Of a DNA stretch of 20,000 bases, positions 1 through 9,404 are shown piece after piece. How positions within the stretch are numbered: the first letter of the stretch is position 1; each line of letters starts with the position of its first letter. A program made the translations under genes and the position numbers. The stretch is from Candidatus Tectimicrobiota bacterium (GTDB lineage Bacteria; JACPUC01). Below the pieces are notes generated by a model. It searched no databases, was not told the DNA's origin, and worked only from the letters and a program-made list of their open reading frames with translations. The stretch is from contig JACPUC010000027.1 of the NCBI GenBank assembly GCA_016192455.1, positions 45,690 to 65,689 on the forward strand, read 5' to 3'.

Positions 1-434
1 TAGCCGTTGGGGAAGTAGCCACCGGGGTAGGCGCCGCCCGTGTCCTCCTGGTGGGCCCGCGCCAGGGTGATGAAGATGAGCTCGCCGTCGAAGAAGACGG
101 GGCGGAAGAAGCCCCAGTCGGGCAGGTGGCAGTTGTGACCTCCGTGGTAGGGATCGTTGGTCAGGATGATATCGCCCGGGTGGAGGTTGTCCTTGAACTT
201 CTCCGTGATCGACTTGACGGCGAACGATGCTCCCAGGAACTGCACCGGCAGCCCCACCGGCACGGCGACGGTGCGGCCCTGGGCGTCCCAGATGCCGACG
301 GAGATGTCGTGGAGCTGCCCCATGAGGTAGTTCTGCGCGGTGCGGTCCATGACGTGGCGCATCTCGCGGCAGAGGGTCTGCATTGTGTGCCAGACGGTGG
401 CCAGGGTGATGGGATCGACGACGGAACTAGGCAT
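1..434 (-). CDS. Hydantoinase B/oxoprolinase family protein (copy 1), 5' part; runs off the window
   Basis: Not in the ORF track; translated by hand from ATG at 434 (GAGGAG RBS): MPSSVVDPITLATVWHTMQ...HDISVGI...GDIILTNDPYHGGHNCHLPD...RAHQEDTGG...YFPNG. Carries hydantoinase B motifs; 122 of 144 residues identical to the protein at 9626 by manual count. Confidence 0.93.
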   Translation of the reverse strand, partial: MPSSVVDPITLATVWHTMQTLCREMRHVMDRTAQNYLMGQLHDISVGIWDAQGRTVAVPVGLPVQFLGASFAVKSITEKFKDNLHPGDIILTNDPYHGGHNCHLPDWGFFRPVFFDGELIFITLARAHQEDTGGAYPGGYFPNG

Positions 435-466
435 GCCGCTGCTCCTCTCTTGTGCCCCGCCAGCCG

Positions 467-2527
467 TTAGCGCCGGGTGAGGATATAGTTCTTGTAGGCG
501 TCGATCGCGCAGGCGAAGCCGGGCGGAATGACCACGGTGGTGGTTGGCTCCTCAATGATCGCCGGCCCCTTGAAGGTGTTGTTCGCCAGCAGCCTGTCGC
601 TGTCGTAGATGGGCGTGTCGAGCTGGCGGCCATGGAAACGGCAGGGACGCTTGCTCTTCAGGGCGGCCTTGGCGTCGGCCTTCCCCGGCTTGATCTTGCT
701 GAGCTTGAAGGGCGCCCGCGGGGCGACCGCCTTCAGCCGGAAGGTGAGGAACTCGACCTCGCGCCACGGCATCGAGAAGGTGAAGAGCTCGTCGTGCCGC
801 TTGTGGAAGTTGTTCAGGATGAGCTCGAGATCGGCCGCCCCCAATTTGCCGTTCGGCATCTCCACCTCCACCTGGTGGAACTGGCGGACGTAGCGCATCT
901 CCGCGGTGCGGTTCAAGACGACGTCCTGCACGGGAATCTTCATGGAGCGGATGTTGGCGCGGGCTTCCTTCTCCATTTGCGCGTAGAGGCTGTTGACGCG
1001 CCGCAGGTCGAGGCGCAGCGCCCGGGAGACGAAGGAGCGCGCGAAGTCGCGCCCGAGGTCCATCGAGAACATGCCGAAGGCGCTGAACAGGGCGGCGGTC
1101 GATGGCACGATGATCTTCTCGATGCCGAGCTGCTCGGCGATGAAGGCGGCGTGCACGGCGCCGGCGCCGCCCCCCGCCACCAGGGTGAAATCGCGCACGT
1201 CGTAGCCCCGCTTCGTGGAGACCTCCGTGATCTGGTTCGCCATGTTCATGTTCACCGTGGTGAAGATCGCCTCGGCGGCCTCGTCCACGCTCATCTTGTG
1301 GGGACCCGCGACGCTCTTCACGGCCTTGGTGGCGGCTCCGGCGTCGAGTGGGATGCTGCCGCCGAGGAAGAAGTCGGCGGGGACGTAGCCAAGCAGGAGG
1401 TCGGCGTCGGTCACCGTGGGCTGCGTGCCGCCGCGGTTGTAACACGCCGGTCCCGGCTCCGCGCCGGCGCTCTGCGGGCCGACGCGGAGCAGCCCGAGCG
1501 AGTCGATCCAGGCGATGCTGCCGCCGCCGGCGCCGATGCTGCGGACATCGACGATCTTGATCGCCACCCGGTGGTCCTCCTGCCACATCTCCGTGGTGGT
1601 GGGAATCTCGCCGCCCGGCAGGAGGCAGACATCGAAGCTCGTGCCGCCCATGTCCATGGTGAGCAGGTCGCGCTGCTTGGTCAGCGACCCCAGGAAGGTC
1701 CCCGCGCTTGGCTGGGCGGCGGGGCCGGAGCCGATGAGGAAGACGGCGCGCTTGGCGCAATGCTCGACGGTCTGCGTCAAGCCGTTGGCCAAAATCATCA
1801 GCATGGCCCCCTTGAGGCCGCTGCGCTTCAGCTCCCGCTCCAGCTTCCTCAGGTACTGGCTGACGACCGGCCCGACATAGGCATCCACCAGGGTGGTGCT
1901 GAAGCGCTCGTACTCGCCCCACACCGGCAGGATGTCATGCGAGGCGCAGACGTAGAGGTCCGCGAAGCTGCCGCGCAGCAGGTTCGCCGCCGCTTCCTCG
2001 TTCTGCGGGTTGGCGTAGGAGTGCAGGAAACAGACGGCGATGGACTGCACCCCCTCCTGGCGCAGTTTCTCGGCTGCCTCGCGCACTTCGGTCGGGCTGA
2101 CGGTCTTCAGGACCTCGCCGTTCCAAAGGGTGCGCTCGGTCACCCCCAGGCGCAGGTAGCGCGGCACCAGCGGTTCGTAGGGTGGGATGAAAAGGTTGTA
2201 CATGGAGACCCGGGGGTCCTTGATGCCGCGGCGAATCTCGACGAGGTCGCGAAAGTTCTTCGTCGTGATCATGCCCGTCTTCGCGCCCGCCTTGTTGATG
2301 AGCGTGTTGGTGGCCAACGTGGTGCCGTGCATCAACAGGTCCACGTCCTTCAGAAACGTGGAAAGGGGCTGCTCGAAGTGCTGCGCCGCTTGCTCCAACG
2401 CCTGCCTCACCCCTTGGGTGGGGTCCTGAGGGGTGGTCGGTGACTTGAAGGCGCTCAAGGCGCCCGAGGCATCGAGCACCAGACAGTCGGTGAACGTCCC
2501 CCCTACGTCGATGGCGATCCTCTTCAT
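467..2527 (-). CDS. Hydantoinase A/oxoprolinase family ATP-binding subunit (686 aa)
   Basis: Motifs IDVGGTFTD, HGTT, SGPAA, DMGGTSFD, GAGGGS, GPQSAGAEPGPACY, PTVTDA. Start moved to the ATG at 2527, which follows GGAGGGAGG. Confidence 0.95.
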   Translation of the reverse strand: MKRIAIDVGGTFTDCLVLDASGALSAFKSPTTPQDPTQGVRQALEQAAQHFEQPLSTFLKDVDLLMHGTTLATNTLINKAGAKTGMITTKNFRDLVEIRRGIKDPRVSMYNLFIPPYEPLVPRYLRLGVTERTLWNGEVLKTVSPTEVREAAEKLRQEGVQSIAVCFLHSYANPQNEEAAANLLRGSFADLYVCASHDILPVWGEYERFSTTLVDAYVGPVVSQYLRKLERELKRSGLKGAMLMILANGLTQTVEHCAKRAVFLIGSGPAAQPSAGTFLGSLTKQRDLLTMDMGGTSFDVCLLPGGEIPTTTEMWQEDHRVAIKIVDVRSIGAGGGSIAWIDSLGLLRVGPQSAGAEPGPACYNRGGTQPTVTDADLLLGYVPADFFLGGSIPLDAGAATKAVKSVAGPHKMSVDEAAEAIFTTVNMNMANQITEVSTKRGYDVRDFTLVAGGGAGAVHAAFIAEQLGIEKIIVPSTAALFSAFGMFSMDLGRDFARSFVSRALRLDLRRVNSLYAQMEKEARANIRSMKIPVQDVVLNRTAEMRYVRQFHQVEVEMPNGKLGAADLELILNNFHKRHDELFTFSMPWREVEFLTFRLKAVAPRAPFKLSKIKPGKADAKAALKSKRPCRFHGRQLDTPIYDSDRLLANNTFKGPAIIEEPTTTVVIPPGFACAIDAYKNYILTRR

Positions 2528-2912
2528 TGCGCACCTCCCTCCGGGAACAGCAAGGACAGCCGCTTCCTCACCGGCGTTGCCACCCACCTCCACGCTGCGG
2601 CAGGCGAGCCGACCCGTTGCCCCCCCTGGCGAGAACTCCGCGCGGCTCAGGGGGCCACGCGGGGGAACTGACGCGGCGCCCGCACCCAGGCGGATGGCCG
2701 CGCACAGCGTGGGCCGCAGCCGCCCGTTCGAGCGCTTGCCGGCGTCTCCTCAGTTGTTCTTCGGGAACGGCCTGCTGGGCGCGAAGGAAGCTACGATACG
2801 CCATTGGAGTAAGGAGCTTCTTTCACGGCGCGAGAGGCTTGGGCGTCCCTCGCGGCAGGCGCCCACGGCCAATTTGAACACACCGGCCAAGTGGATTTTG
2901 ACAGATCATTTG

Positions 2913-2936
2913 ATGTGAAACCATGACATATGTCAA
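2913..2936. promoter_or_regulatory. Conserved operator/promoter box 1: palindrome TGACATATGTCA at 2924-2935; TTGACA on the minus strand faces the A-subunit gene
   Basis: ATGTGAAACCATGACATATGTCAA matches the reverse complement of 9253-9276 at 19 of 24 positions; it lies in an AT-rich patch of a divergent intergenic region. Confidence 0.7.
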
Positions 2937-3009
2937 TTTCTAGTCCGCGGGACTGGTCTAAGATAGTAGATCTAGGTCAAAGTTTGGGGAGAACTCGGGA
3001 GGTGCGGTG

Positions 3010-4242
3010 ATGAACACGACCAAGGTGATGCGTGCTCTCTTACTCGTCTCTTTTGCCGCGGTGGTCGCCCTGTCACTCGCCATGCCGGGGATTGGCGGAT
3101 CGCCGGCAGAAGCACAGCAGAAGCCGCCGATCAAGATCGGTGTCCTCTATGGGCTGACGGGAGTCTACGCCTTCCCGTCGAAACATGGGGTCCAGGGGGC
3201 GGCGCTGGCCTTCGAGGAGGCGAACTACCAGGTGGCCGGGCGGAAGATCGAGACCATCGTCGAGGACGACCAATCGCCCCAGGTGGCGGTGGGAGTGACC
3301 AAGGCGCGCAAGCTGGTTGAGAAAGACCGCGTGCACGCCGTCATGGGGATCATCTGGAGCCCCACCGGCGTGGCGGTGAGCGACTACATGAAGACGGTGG
3401 AGGTGCCGCTCGTCCTCACCGAGGCGGCCGCCCGCATCATCACCCAGGAGAAGCGCCACCCCTACGTCTTCCGCACCTCGTTCGCCAGCGGTCAGATGAC
3501 GCTGCCGTTCTCGGCGTACGTCTGCAAGAACCTGGGGTACAAGCGCATCGTGACGTTCGCCTTCGACAGCGTCTTCGGGCGGGAGCAGGCGGACTACGTG
3601 GCGCAAGGCTGCGAGCAAGGCGGCGGCAAGGTGATCAAGCAGCTCTTCGCCCCGGTGCGCACGCCGGATATGGCCCCCTACCTGGCGCAGATCCAGGCCG
3701 AGAACCCCGATGCCGTATGGGCCCTCTGGAGCGGCATCGCGGCCATCCAGTTCCTGCGCCAGTACAAGGAGTTCGGCCTGAAAGGGAAATACCCCTTGCT
3801 GACCTTCGGCAGCCTCTCCGGTGAGGACGTCCTGGCTCAGGTTCCCGACGCCGCCGAAGGGATGATCAGCTACTACTTCTATACCACCGCCTACGATGCA
3901 CCGGAAAACAAGGCGTTCGTCGAGGCGTATACGAAGAAGTACAATATGCCGCCGGCAGTCTATGCGGGCCAAGGGTACCTGACGGCGAAGGTGATCCTGG
4001 CGGCGCTTGAAGCGATCAAGGGCAACGTGGAGGACAAGGCGGCCTTCCTCGCGGCGTTGCGCAACGTCTCCTTCGAGCGCGGCATCCGCGGCCCGTGGCG
4101 CTTCGACGCCTTCCAGAACGCCGTCTCCGACGTCTACGTCTTCAAAGTCGAGCGGGGCGCGGACGGCAAGGTGGGCCACAAGATCATCCACGTCCTGAAG
4201 AACGCCGAGCAGTACTGGCCGCAGGGCAAGCCGCAGCGGTAG
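3010..4242 (+). CDS. ABC transporter substrate-binding protein, branched-chain amino acid (Liv/HAAT) class, copy 1
   Basis: Signal peptide ending ...AEA-QQ; PIKIG, GRKIETIVEDD, YVFRTSF, PDAVW motifs; GGGAGG RBS; alternative GTG start at 3007. Confidence 0.93.
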   Translation: MNTTKVMRALLLVSFAAVVALSLAMPGIGGSPAEAQQKPPIKIGVLYGLTGVYAFPSKHGVQGAALAFEEANYQVAGRKIETIVEDDQSPQVAVGVTKARKLVEKDRVHAVMGIIWSPTGVAVSDYMKTVEVPLVLTEAAARIITQEKRHPYVFRTSFASGQMTLPFSAYVCKNLGYKRIVTFAFDSVFGREQADYVAQGCEQGGGKVIKQLFAPVRTPDMAPYLAQIQAENPDAVWALWSGIAAIQFLRQYKEFGLKGKYPLLTFGSLSGEDVLAQVPDAAEGMISYYFYTTAYDAPENKAFVEAYTKKYNMPPAVYAGQGYLTAKVILAALEAIKGNVEDKAAFLAALRNVSFERGIRGPWRFDAFQNAVSDVYVFKVERGADGKVGHKIIHVLKNAEQYWPQGKPQR

Positions 4243-4250
4243 CCGGCCGC

Positions 4251-4287
4251 GAGGCGGCGCGCCGAGGGATGGCGCCGGCGCGCCCTC
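4251..4287 (+). other. GC-rich stem-loop between the binding-protein and permease genes (possible mRNA-stabilising element)
   Basis: GAG(GC)GGCGCGCCG pairs with CGGCGCGCCCTC. Stem-loops are commonly found at this position in ABC operons. Confidence 0.45.
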
Positions 4288-4327
4288 CGCCGCCCTCCTC
4301 CGCCACCTCAGGGGTGAGCGCGCAACC

Positions 4328-5182
4328 ATGAGCTTCTGGTACCTGCAGGCGATCACCGGCTTGTCCTTCGCCATGCTCCTCTTCCTGCTGGCGGCGGGGC
4401 TGTCGCTCATCTTCGGGCTGATGCGCATCATCAACCTGGCGCATGGCGCGCTCTATCTGGTGGCGTCCTACCTCAGCCTCTCGGTCATGCGGGGGACCGG
4501 CAGCTTCCTCTTGGCGTTGCTGGTCGGCGCGGCCGCGGTCACCCTCATCGGCCTGTTCATGGAGCGCCGCTTCCTCAACCGTCTCTACCGGATGGAGCTG
4601 GCGCAGGTGCTCCTCACCTTCGGCTTCCTGTTCATCCTCAGCGATCTCACCCAATGGGTCTGGGGCGGCGAGCCGCAAATCATGCCCAAGCCGGCGCTCT
4701 TCGCCGGCTCCTTGCGCCTGGGTGAGATGATGTTCCCGATCTACCGGCTGCTGGTCATCGCGGTGGGCATCGTGGTGGCGGTGCTGCTGGGGCTCATCCA
4801 GCAGTACACCAGCCTGGGGGCGAAGGTGCGCGCCGGCGTCGATGACGCGGAGATGACCCGCGGGCTTGGGGTGGACCTGCCCCGCCTGTTCACCGGCGTC
4901 TTCGCCATGGGAGCCATGCTCGCCGGCGTGGGCGGCGTCATGGGGGGGCCGATCATCGGGGCCAACCTCGATGCCGCCTTCGAGATTCTCCTCTTCGCCT
5001 TCGTGGTGGTCATCATCGGCGGCATGGGCAGCCTGAAGGGCGCCTTCCTCGCCAGCCTCTTCGTGGGCCTCATCGACACCTTCGGCAAGGCGCTCTTCCC
5101 GGAATACTCCCTCTTCACCATCTTCGCCCCGATGGCGATCGTGCTGGCGATCCGCCCGACGGGCCTGTTTGGACGCACATGA
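4328..5182 (+). CDS. livH: Liv-type ABC transporter permease (LivH family)
   Basis: GLSLIFGLMRIINLAHG, IIGGMGS and C-terminal RPTGLFG motifs; hydrophobic throughout. Confidence 0.93.
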   Translation: MSFWYLQAITGLSFAMLLFLLAAGLSLIFGLMRIINLAHGALYLVASYLSLSVMRGTGSFLLALLVGAAAVTLIGLFMERRFLNRLYRMELAQVLLTFGFLFILSDLTQWVWGGEPQIMPKPALFAGSLRLGEMMFPIYRLLVIAVGIVVAVLLGLIQQYTSLGAKVRAGVDDAEMTRGLGVDLPRLFTGVFAMGAMLAGVGGVMGGPIIGANLDAAFEILLFAFVVVIIGGMGSLKGAFLASLFVGLIDTFGKALFPEYSLFTIFAPMAIVLAIRPTGLFGRT

Positions 5183-6126
5183 GGCAGCGAACGCGGCGCA
5201 CCGCCATGGCGCTCGGGGGGTTCCTGCTCCTGCTCCTCCTGCCGGCAGTGCTGCCCTCGTTCTACCTCGGCCTGGTGACGGAGGTCCTCATCTTCGGGCT
5301 CTTCGCCATGAGCCTAAACCTGCTGCTCGGCTACGGGGGGCTTCCCTCCCTCGGCCACGCCGCCTACTTCGGCGTTGCCGGCTACACCGTGGCGCTCCTC
5401 TCCTTCACGGTGACGCAGAACGGCTGGCTGCTGATCTTCCTTGGGTTGGCGATGGCCGGGGTGACGGCGGCCCTCTTCGGGCTGCTGGCCCTGCGCACCC
5501 GCGGCGACTACTTCCTCATGATCACCCTTGCCCTCGGCGAGGTGCTCTGGGGCCTTGCCTTCAAGCTGCGCAGCCTCACCCACGCCGAGGACGGCATCTC
5601 GGGCGTGGCCCGCCCGGTGCTCAACCTGCCATGGTCCTTCGAGGACGATGTGGCCTTCTACGTCTTCGTGCTCGTCAGCGTCACCCTCGCCACGCTGCTG
5701 CTCATCCTCATCATCGAATCACCCTTCGGCAAGGCGGTGGTGGGGGTGCGGGAAAACGAGGCGCGCCTGCAGGTCCTGGGGTACAATGTCTGGCTGTGCC
5801 GCTACCTCGCCTTCGTGCTTGCCGGGCTCTTCGGCGGGCTGGCCGGCATTCTCTTCATCTTCTACAACCGCTTCGTCAGCCCCGCCGACCTGAGTGTGAT
5901 CCTGTCGGCGAAGGCGCTGCTCATGGTCATCCTCGGCGGGGCCGGGACGCTGGCCGGGCCGATGATCGGCGCGGCGCTCCTGGTCTTCATCGAGAACGAG
6001 GTGAGCTCCCTCACCGAGCGCTGGCTGCTCATTCTCGGTCTGATCTACGTGGTCGTCGTGATGTTCATCCCCGCCGGGGTCTACGGCGGTCTGAAAGCAA
6101 AGCTGCAGCGGCGGAGCGCCGTGTGA
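5179..6126 (+). CDS. livM: Liv-type ABC transporter permease (LivM family)
   Basis: SLNLLLGYGGLPSLGHAAYFG, LRTRGDYFLMITLA, RENE and ILGGAGT motifs; ATGA overlap with livH. Confidence 0.93.
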   Translation: MRQRTRRTAMALGGFLLLLLLPAVLPSFYLGLVTEVLIFGLFAMSLNLLLGYGGLPSLGHAAYFGVAGYTVALLSFTVTQNGWLLIFLGLAMAGVTAALFGLLALRTRGDYFLMITLALGEVLWGLAFKLRSLTHAEDGISGVARPVLNLPWSFEDDVAFYVFVLVSVTLATLLLILIIESPFGKAVVGVRENEARLQVLGYNVWLCRYLAFVLAGLFGGLAGILFIFYNRFVSPADLSVILSAKALLMVILGGAGTLAGPMIGAALLVFIENEVSSLTERWLLILGLIYVVVVMFIPAGVYGGLKAKLQRRSAV

Positions 6127-6884
6127 ACGCCCTCGTGGTCGACCAGGTGTCAAGGCGGTTCGAAGGGCTGCAAGCCCTCAACAGGGTGAGCCTCACCGTG
6201 CAGGTGGGCGAACGGCGCGCCATCATCGGGCCCAACGGCGCCGGCAAGACGACGCTCTTCAACATCATCAACGGCACGCTGCGGCCGACGACGGGGCGCA
6301 TCCTGCTCTTCGACCGCGACGTGACCCGCCTCGCTCCCCATCGCCGCACCCACCTCGGGCTGGCCCGCACGTTCCAGATCAGCGCTCTGTTCCCGCGCTT
6401 GAGCGTCTATGAGAACGTGCGCCTGGCCGCGCAGGCGGCCACTGGCGGGCGCTACGCGATGCACCGACCGGCCGCCACCCTGGGCGCCATCCAGCGCCTC
6501 TGCGAGGATACCCTGAAGAAGTGGGACCTCTGGCACCTGCGGCGCGAGGCCGTCCGCACCCTCTCCTACGGTGATCAGCGGCGCATCGAGATCGTCCTCG
6601 CCTTGGCCACGAACCCGAGGCTCCTCCTCTTGGACGAGCCGACGGCGGGGTTGTCGCTCGCCGAGACGCAGCAGGTGAGCAGCATCATCCAGGCCCTGCA
6701 TCGCCAGCTCACCATCCTGCTCATCGAGCATGACATGGACGTGACGTTCGAGCTGGTCGACCAGGTCACGGTGTTGCATCTGGGCAACCTCCTGGCGGAT
6801 GGTCCCCAGGAGGAGGTCCGGCGCGATCCCCGGGTGGCCGAAATCTACCTGGGGTCGGCAACGGAGTGGGGGAAGCCGTGCTGA
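6123..6884 (+). CDS. livG: Liv-type ABC transporter ATP-binding protein (LivG family, 253 aa)
   Basis: Walker A GPNGAGKTT, ARTFQ, LSYGDQR, Walker B LLLLDEP, IEHD. Likely start is the GTG at 6123, a GTGA overlap with the livM stop. Confidence 0.92.
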   Translation: MNALVVDQVSRRFEGLQALNRVSLTVQVGERRAIIGPNGAGKTTLFNIINGTLRPTTGRILLFDRDVTRLAPHRRTHLGLARTFQISALFPRLSVYENVRLAAQAATGGRYAMHRPAATLGAIQRLCEDTLKKWDLWHLRREAVRTLSYGDQRRIEIVLALATNPRLLLLDEPTAGLSLAETQQVSSIIQALHRQLTILLIEHDMDVTFELVDQVTVLHLGNLLADGPQEEVRRDPRVAEIYLGSATEWGKPC

Positions 6885-7582
6885 GCGTGCAGGACATCCA
6901 CACCTACTACGGCGACAGCTACATCCTGCAGGGTGTCTCCCTGGAGATTCCCGAGGGCTGCGTGGTCTCGGTGCTGGGGCGCAACGGCGTGGGCAAGACG
7001 ACCCTGATCCGCTCGATCATCGGCTTCACCCCGCCGCGCAGAGGGCGCGTCCTGTTGCGGGGCCAAGAGATCACCCGGCTGCCGGCGCATAAGATCGCCC
7101 GCCTTGGGGTGGGATTGGTGCCGCAAGGCCGGCGCATCTTCGCCAGCCTCACCGTGCGGGAGAACCTGCAGGTGGCGCAGCGCGACCTCGAGGGTGGCGG
7201 CCGCCCCTGGGACTGGGAACGCGTCGCCGCGGCCTTCCCGCGTCTGCGGGAGCGCAGCCACCATCGGGGCAACAAACTGAGCGGCGGCGAGCAGCAGATG
7301 CTGACGACCGCCCGGGCGCTGATGGGCAACCCGCGGTTGCTGCTCATGGACGAGCCGAGCGAGGGGCTCGCCCCCCTCCTGGTGCGGAATCTGGGGGAGA
7401 TCATCGCCGACCTGAAACAGCATGGCCTCGCCATCCTCCTCGTCGAGCAGAATCTCCCCTTTGCCCTCGCCCTCTCCGACTACGTCTACGTCATGAGCAA
7501 GGGGGCCATCGTGCACCACGGCGCGGCCGCGGAGTTCCACCAGCACACCGAGATCAAGGCGCGCTACCTGGGCATCGGCTAG
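6878..7582 (+). CDS. livF: Liv-type ABC transporter ATP-binding protein (LivF family)
   Basis: GRNGVGKTT, VPQGRRIF, LSGGEQQM, MDEPSEGLAP, VEQN and C-terminal YLG motifs; start at GTG 6878 (or 6866). Confidence 0.92.
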   Translation: MLSVQDIHTYYGDSYILQGVSLEIPEGCVVSVLGRNGVGKTTLIRSIIGFTPPRRGRVLLRGQEITRLPAHKIARLGVGLVPQGRRIFASLTVRENLQVAQRDLEGGGRPWDWERVAAAFPRLRERSHHRGNKLSGGEQQMLTTARALMGNPRLLLMDEPSEGLAPLLVRNLGEIIADLKQHGLAILLVEQNLPFALALSDYVYVMSKGAIVHHGAAAEFHQHTEIKARYLGIG

Positions 7583-7694
7583 GCGGGATCGGATCGCGCC
7601 GGGCGTTCGTCGATGTGATCGGCTGGCGAGGCCCGCGGGCAGGCGGTTGGGCAACGGTTGACGAGATGCGGAGGGGAGGCGTTCGCCACTTGGA

Positions 7695-7761
7695 AACGGC
7701 CCTCGGGGCGCGCTCGGGCGTTGGGGATCATTCCAGCGCCTGAGCGCCTGCGAGGGCCGTT
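7695..7761. terminator. Long hairpin between the convergent livF and binding-protein copy 2 genes
   Basis: AACGGCCCTCG/CGAGGGCCGTT (11 bp perfect) plus GCGCTCGGGCGTTGG/CCAGCGCCTGAGCGC (15 bp with two G-U pairs on the + transcript); no U-tract. Confidence 0.55.
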
Positions 7762-7852
7762 CTGCATGGTGCGGCGCAGCCCGAACAGGACCATCCCGGC
7801 ACGCGCCGCCGTTGAGGGGCGTCGCCAGGTTCAGCAGCCGTTCACTGCCGCT

Positions 7853-9082
7853 TCACTCCTTGGGTTTGCCGGAAGGCCAGTATTGTTCAAGATTCTTCAT
7901 GACGTGGATGATCTCATTGCGCACCTTGCCGTCGGACTGCCGCGTCGGCTTGAAGACGTAGAGGTCCGAAACGGCATTCTGATAAGCGTCGAAGCGCCAC
8001 GGTCCTCGATTACTGTCTTTCATTTGGACCTTCCGCAATGCCTGCAGGAAGGCCGGCTTGTCCTCCACGTTGCCGTTAATGCTCTGGAGGGCCATGAGAA
8101 TAATCTTGGCCGTCAGGTATCCGGAAGCGGCATAGATGGCGGGAGGCATGCCGTACTTCTGCGTGTAGGCCTGGATAAAGCGCTTGTTCTCGGGGGAATC
8201 ATAGGAGGTGGTGTAGCGTTCGTAGCTGAGCATCCCCTCCGCCGCCTCCGGCACTTGCGCGAGCACCTCATCGGTTGACAGGTCTCCGGCACCCAGGAGG
8301 GGTATCTTCCCCTTCAAGCCGAATTCCTTGTACTGGGTCAGGAAGCGGATGGCGTTCTGGCCGCTCCACAGCGCCCACACGGCGTCGGGATTGAGCGCTT
8401 GAATCTGCGTCAGGTATGGCGCCATGTCGGGCGTGCGCACCGGGGCGAAGATTTGCTCGATCACCTTGCCGCCGCCTTGCTCGCAGCCTTGCGCAAAGGA
8501 GGCGGCCTCATCGCGCCCATAGACGCTGTCGAAAGAGAAGGCGACCGCCCGCTTGTAGCCGAACTTCTTGCAGGCGTACTCCCCGAACGGCATCGTCATC
8601 TGGCCGCTGGCGAAAGAGGTGCGGAAGACGTAGGCATGCCGCTTCTCCTGGGTGATGATGCGCGCGGCGGACTCCGTCAGGATCAACGGCGTCTCCACCG
8701 TCTTCATGTACTCGCTCACCGCCACGCCGGTGGGGCTCCAGATGATCCCCATGATGGCGTGCACGCGGTCTTTCTCAACCAGCTTGCGCGCCTTCGTCAC
8801 CCCCACTGCGACCTGGGGCGATTGGTCGTCCTCGACGATGGTCTCGATCTTCCGCCCGGCAACCTCGTTGTTTGCCTCCTCGAAGGCAAGCTTCGCCCCC
8901 TGCACCCCGTGCTTGGAGGGGAAGGCGTAGACGCCGGTAAGCCCATAGAGCATGCCAATCTTGATCGGCGCTTTTTGCGCCCAGGCCGGCTGGCTTTGGC
9001 CGACCAGGCCGCCGAGAAGCAGCGTGCAGAACGCTGCGAGGAAGCAGCGCCCGCCCAAACTCCCCACTCCCCTGTTCACCAT
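7853..9082 (-). CDS. ABC transporter substrate-binding protein, Liv/HAAT class, copy 2 (409 aa)
   Basis: Start moved to ATG 9082, after GAGGGAGG; signal peptide ending ...AWA-QK; near-identical to 3010-4242 over the N-terminal part. Confidence 0.93.
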   Translation of the reverse strand: MVNRGVGSLGGRCFLAAFCTLLLGGLVGQSQPAWAQKAPIKIGMLYGLTGVYAFPSKHGVQGAKLAFEEANNEVAGRKIETIVEDDQSPQVAVGVTKARKLVEKDRVHAIMGIIWSPTGVAVSEYMKTVETPLILTESAARIITQEKRHAYVFRTSFASGQMTMPFGEYACKKFGYKRAVAFSFDSVYGRDEAASFAQGCEQGGGKVIEQIFAPVRTPDMAPYLTQIQALNPDAVWALWSGQNAIRFLTQYKEFGLKGKIPLLGAGDLSTDEVLAQVPEAAEGMLSYERYTTSYDSPENKRFIQAYTQKYGMPPAIYAASGYLTAKIILMALQSINGNVEDKPAFLQALRKVQMKDSNRGPWRFDAYQNAVSDLYVFKPTRQSDGKVRNEIIHVMKNLEQYWPSGKPKE

Positions 9083-9252
9083 CGCCGTTCCTCCCTCACG
9101 TCGGTGCCTGGAAAGGCCCCCACGCCTGTGAGTGCAAGGGTCGCCCTGCAAAGCGCTGCTTCCCGTCTCGCCGCAGCGCCGGCACGTCCCAGGCGTGGTG
9201 CAAAGCTGAACCGCGGTGAAAGCCACGGTAAACTGAAGCAGGGACTTTTTCC

Positions 9253-9276
9253 TTGACAATTGTCATATTTTCGCAT
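9253..9276. promoter_or_regulatory. Conserved operator/promoter box 2: palindrome TGACAATTGTCA at 9254-9265; TTGACA on the plus strand faces B-subunit copy 2
   Basis: TTGACAATTGTCATATTTTCGCAT is an inverted 19/24 match to 2913-2936. Confidence 0.7.
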
Positions 9277-9404
9277 GCACTTTGGGATGACACTATGGGT
9301 CAAAAGGGAGGGCCGGAAACGCTCGACCAGGGAGCGAGGGAGAGCCGTGGTCTTCCCGGCCGGGGGCGGCGGCCGGCTGGCGGGGGGCCGAGGCGCGGGG
9401 ACGA

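Noticed and set aside
5169-6122. 571-aa ORF suggesting a large N-terminal fusion on LivG
   Set aside because: The extension is Arg/Pro/Gly-rich off-frame translation of livM; the GTGA-coupled start at 6123 gives a normal LivG.
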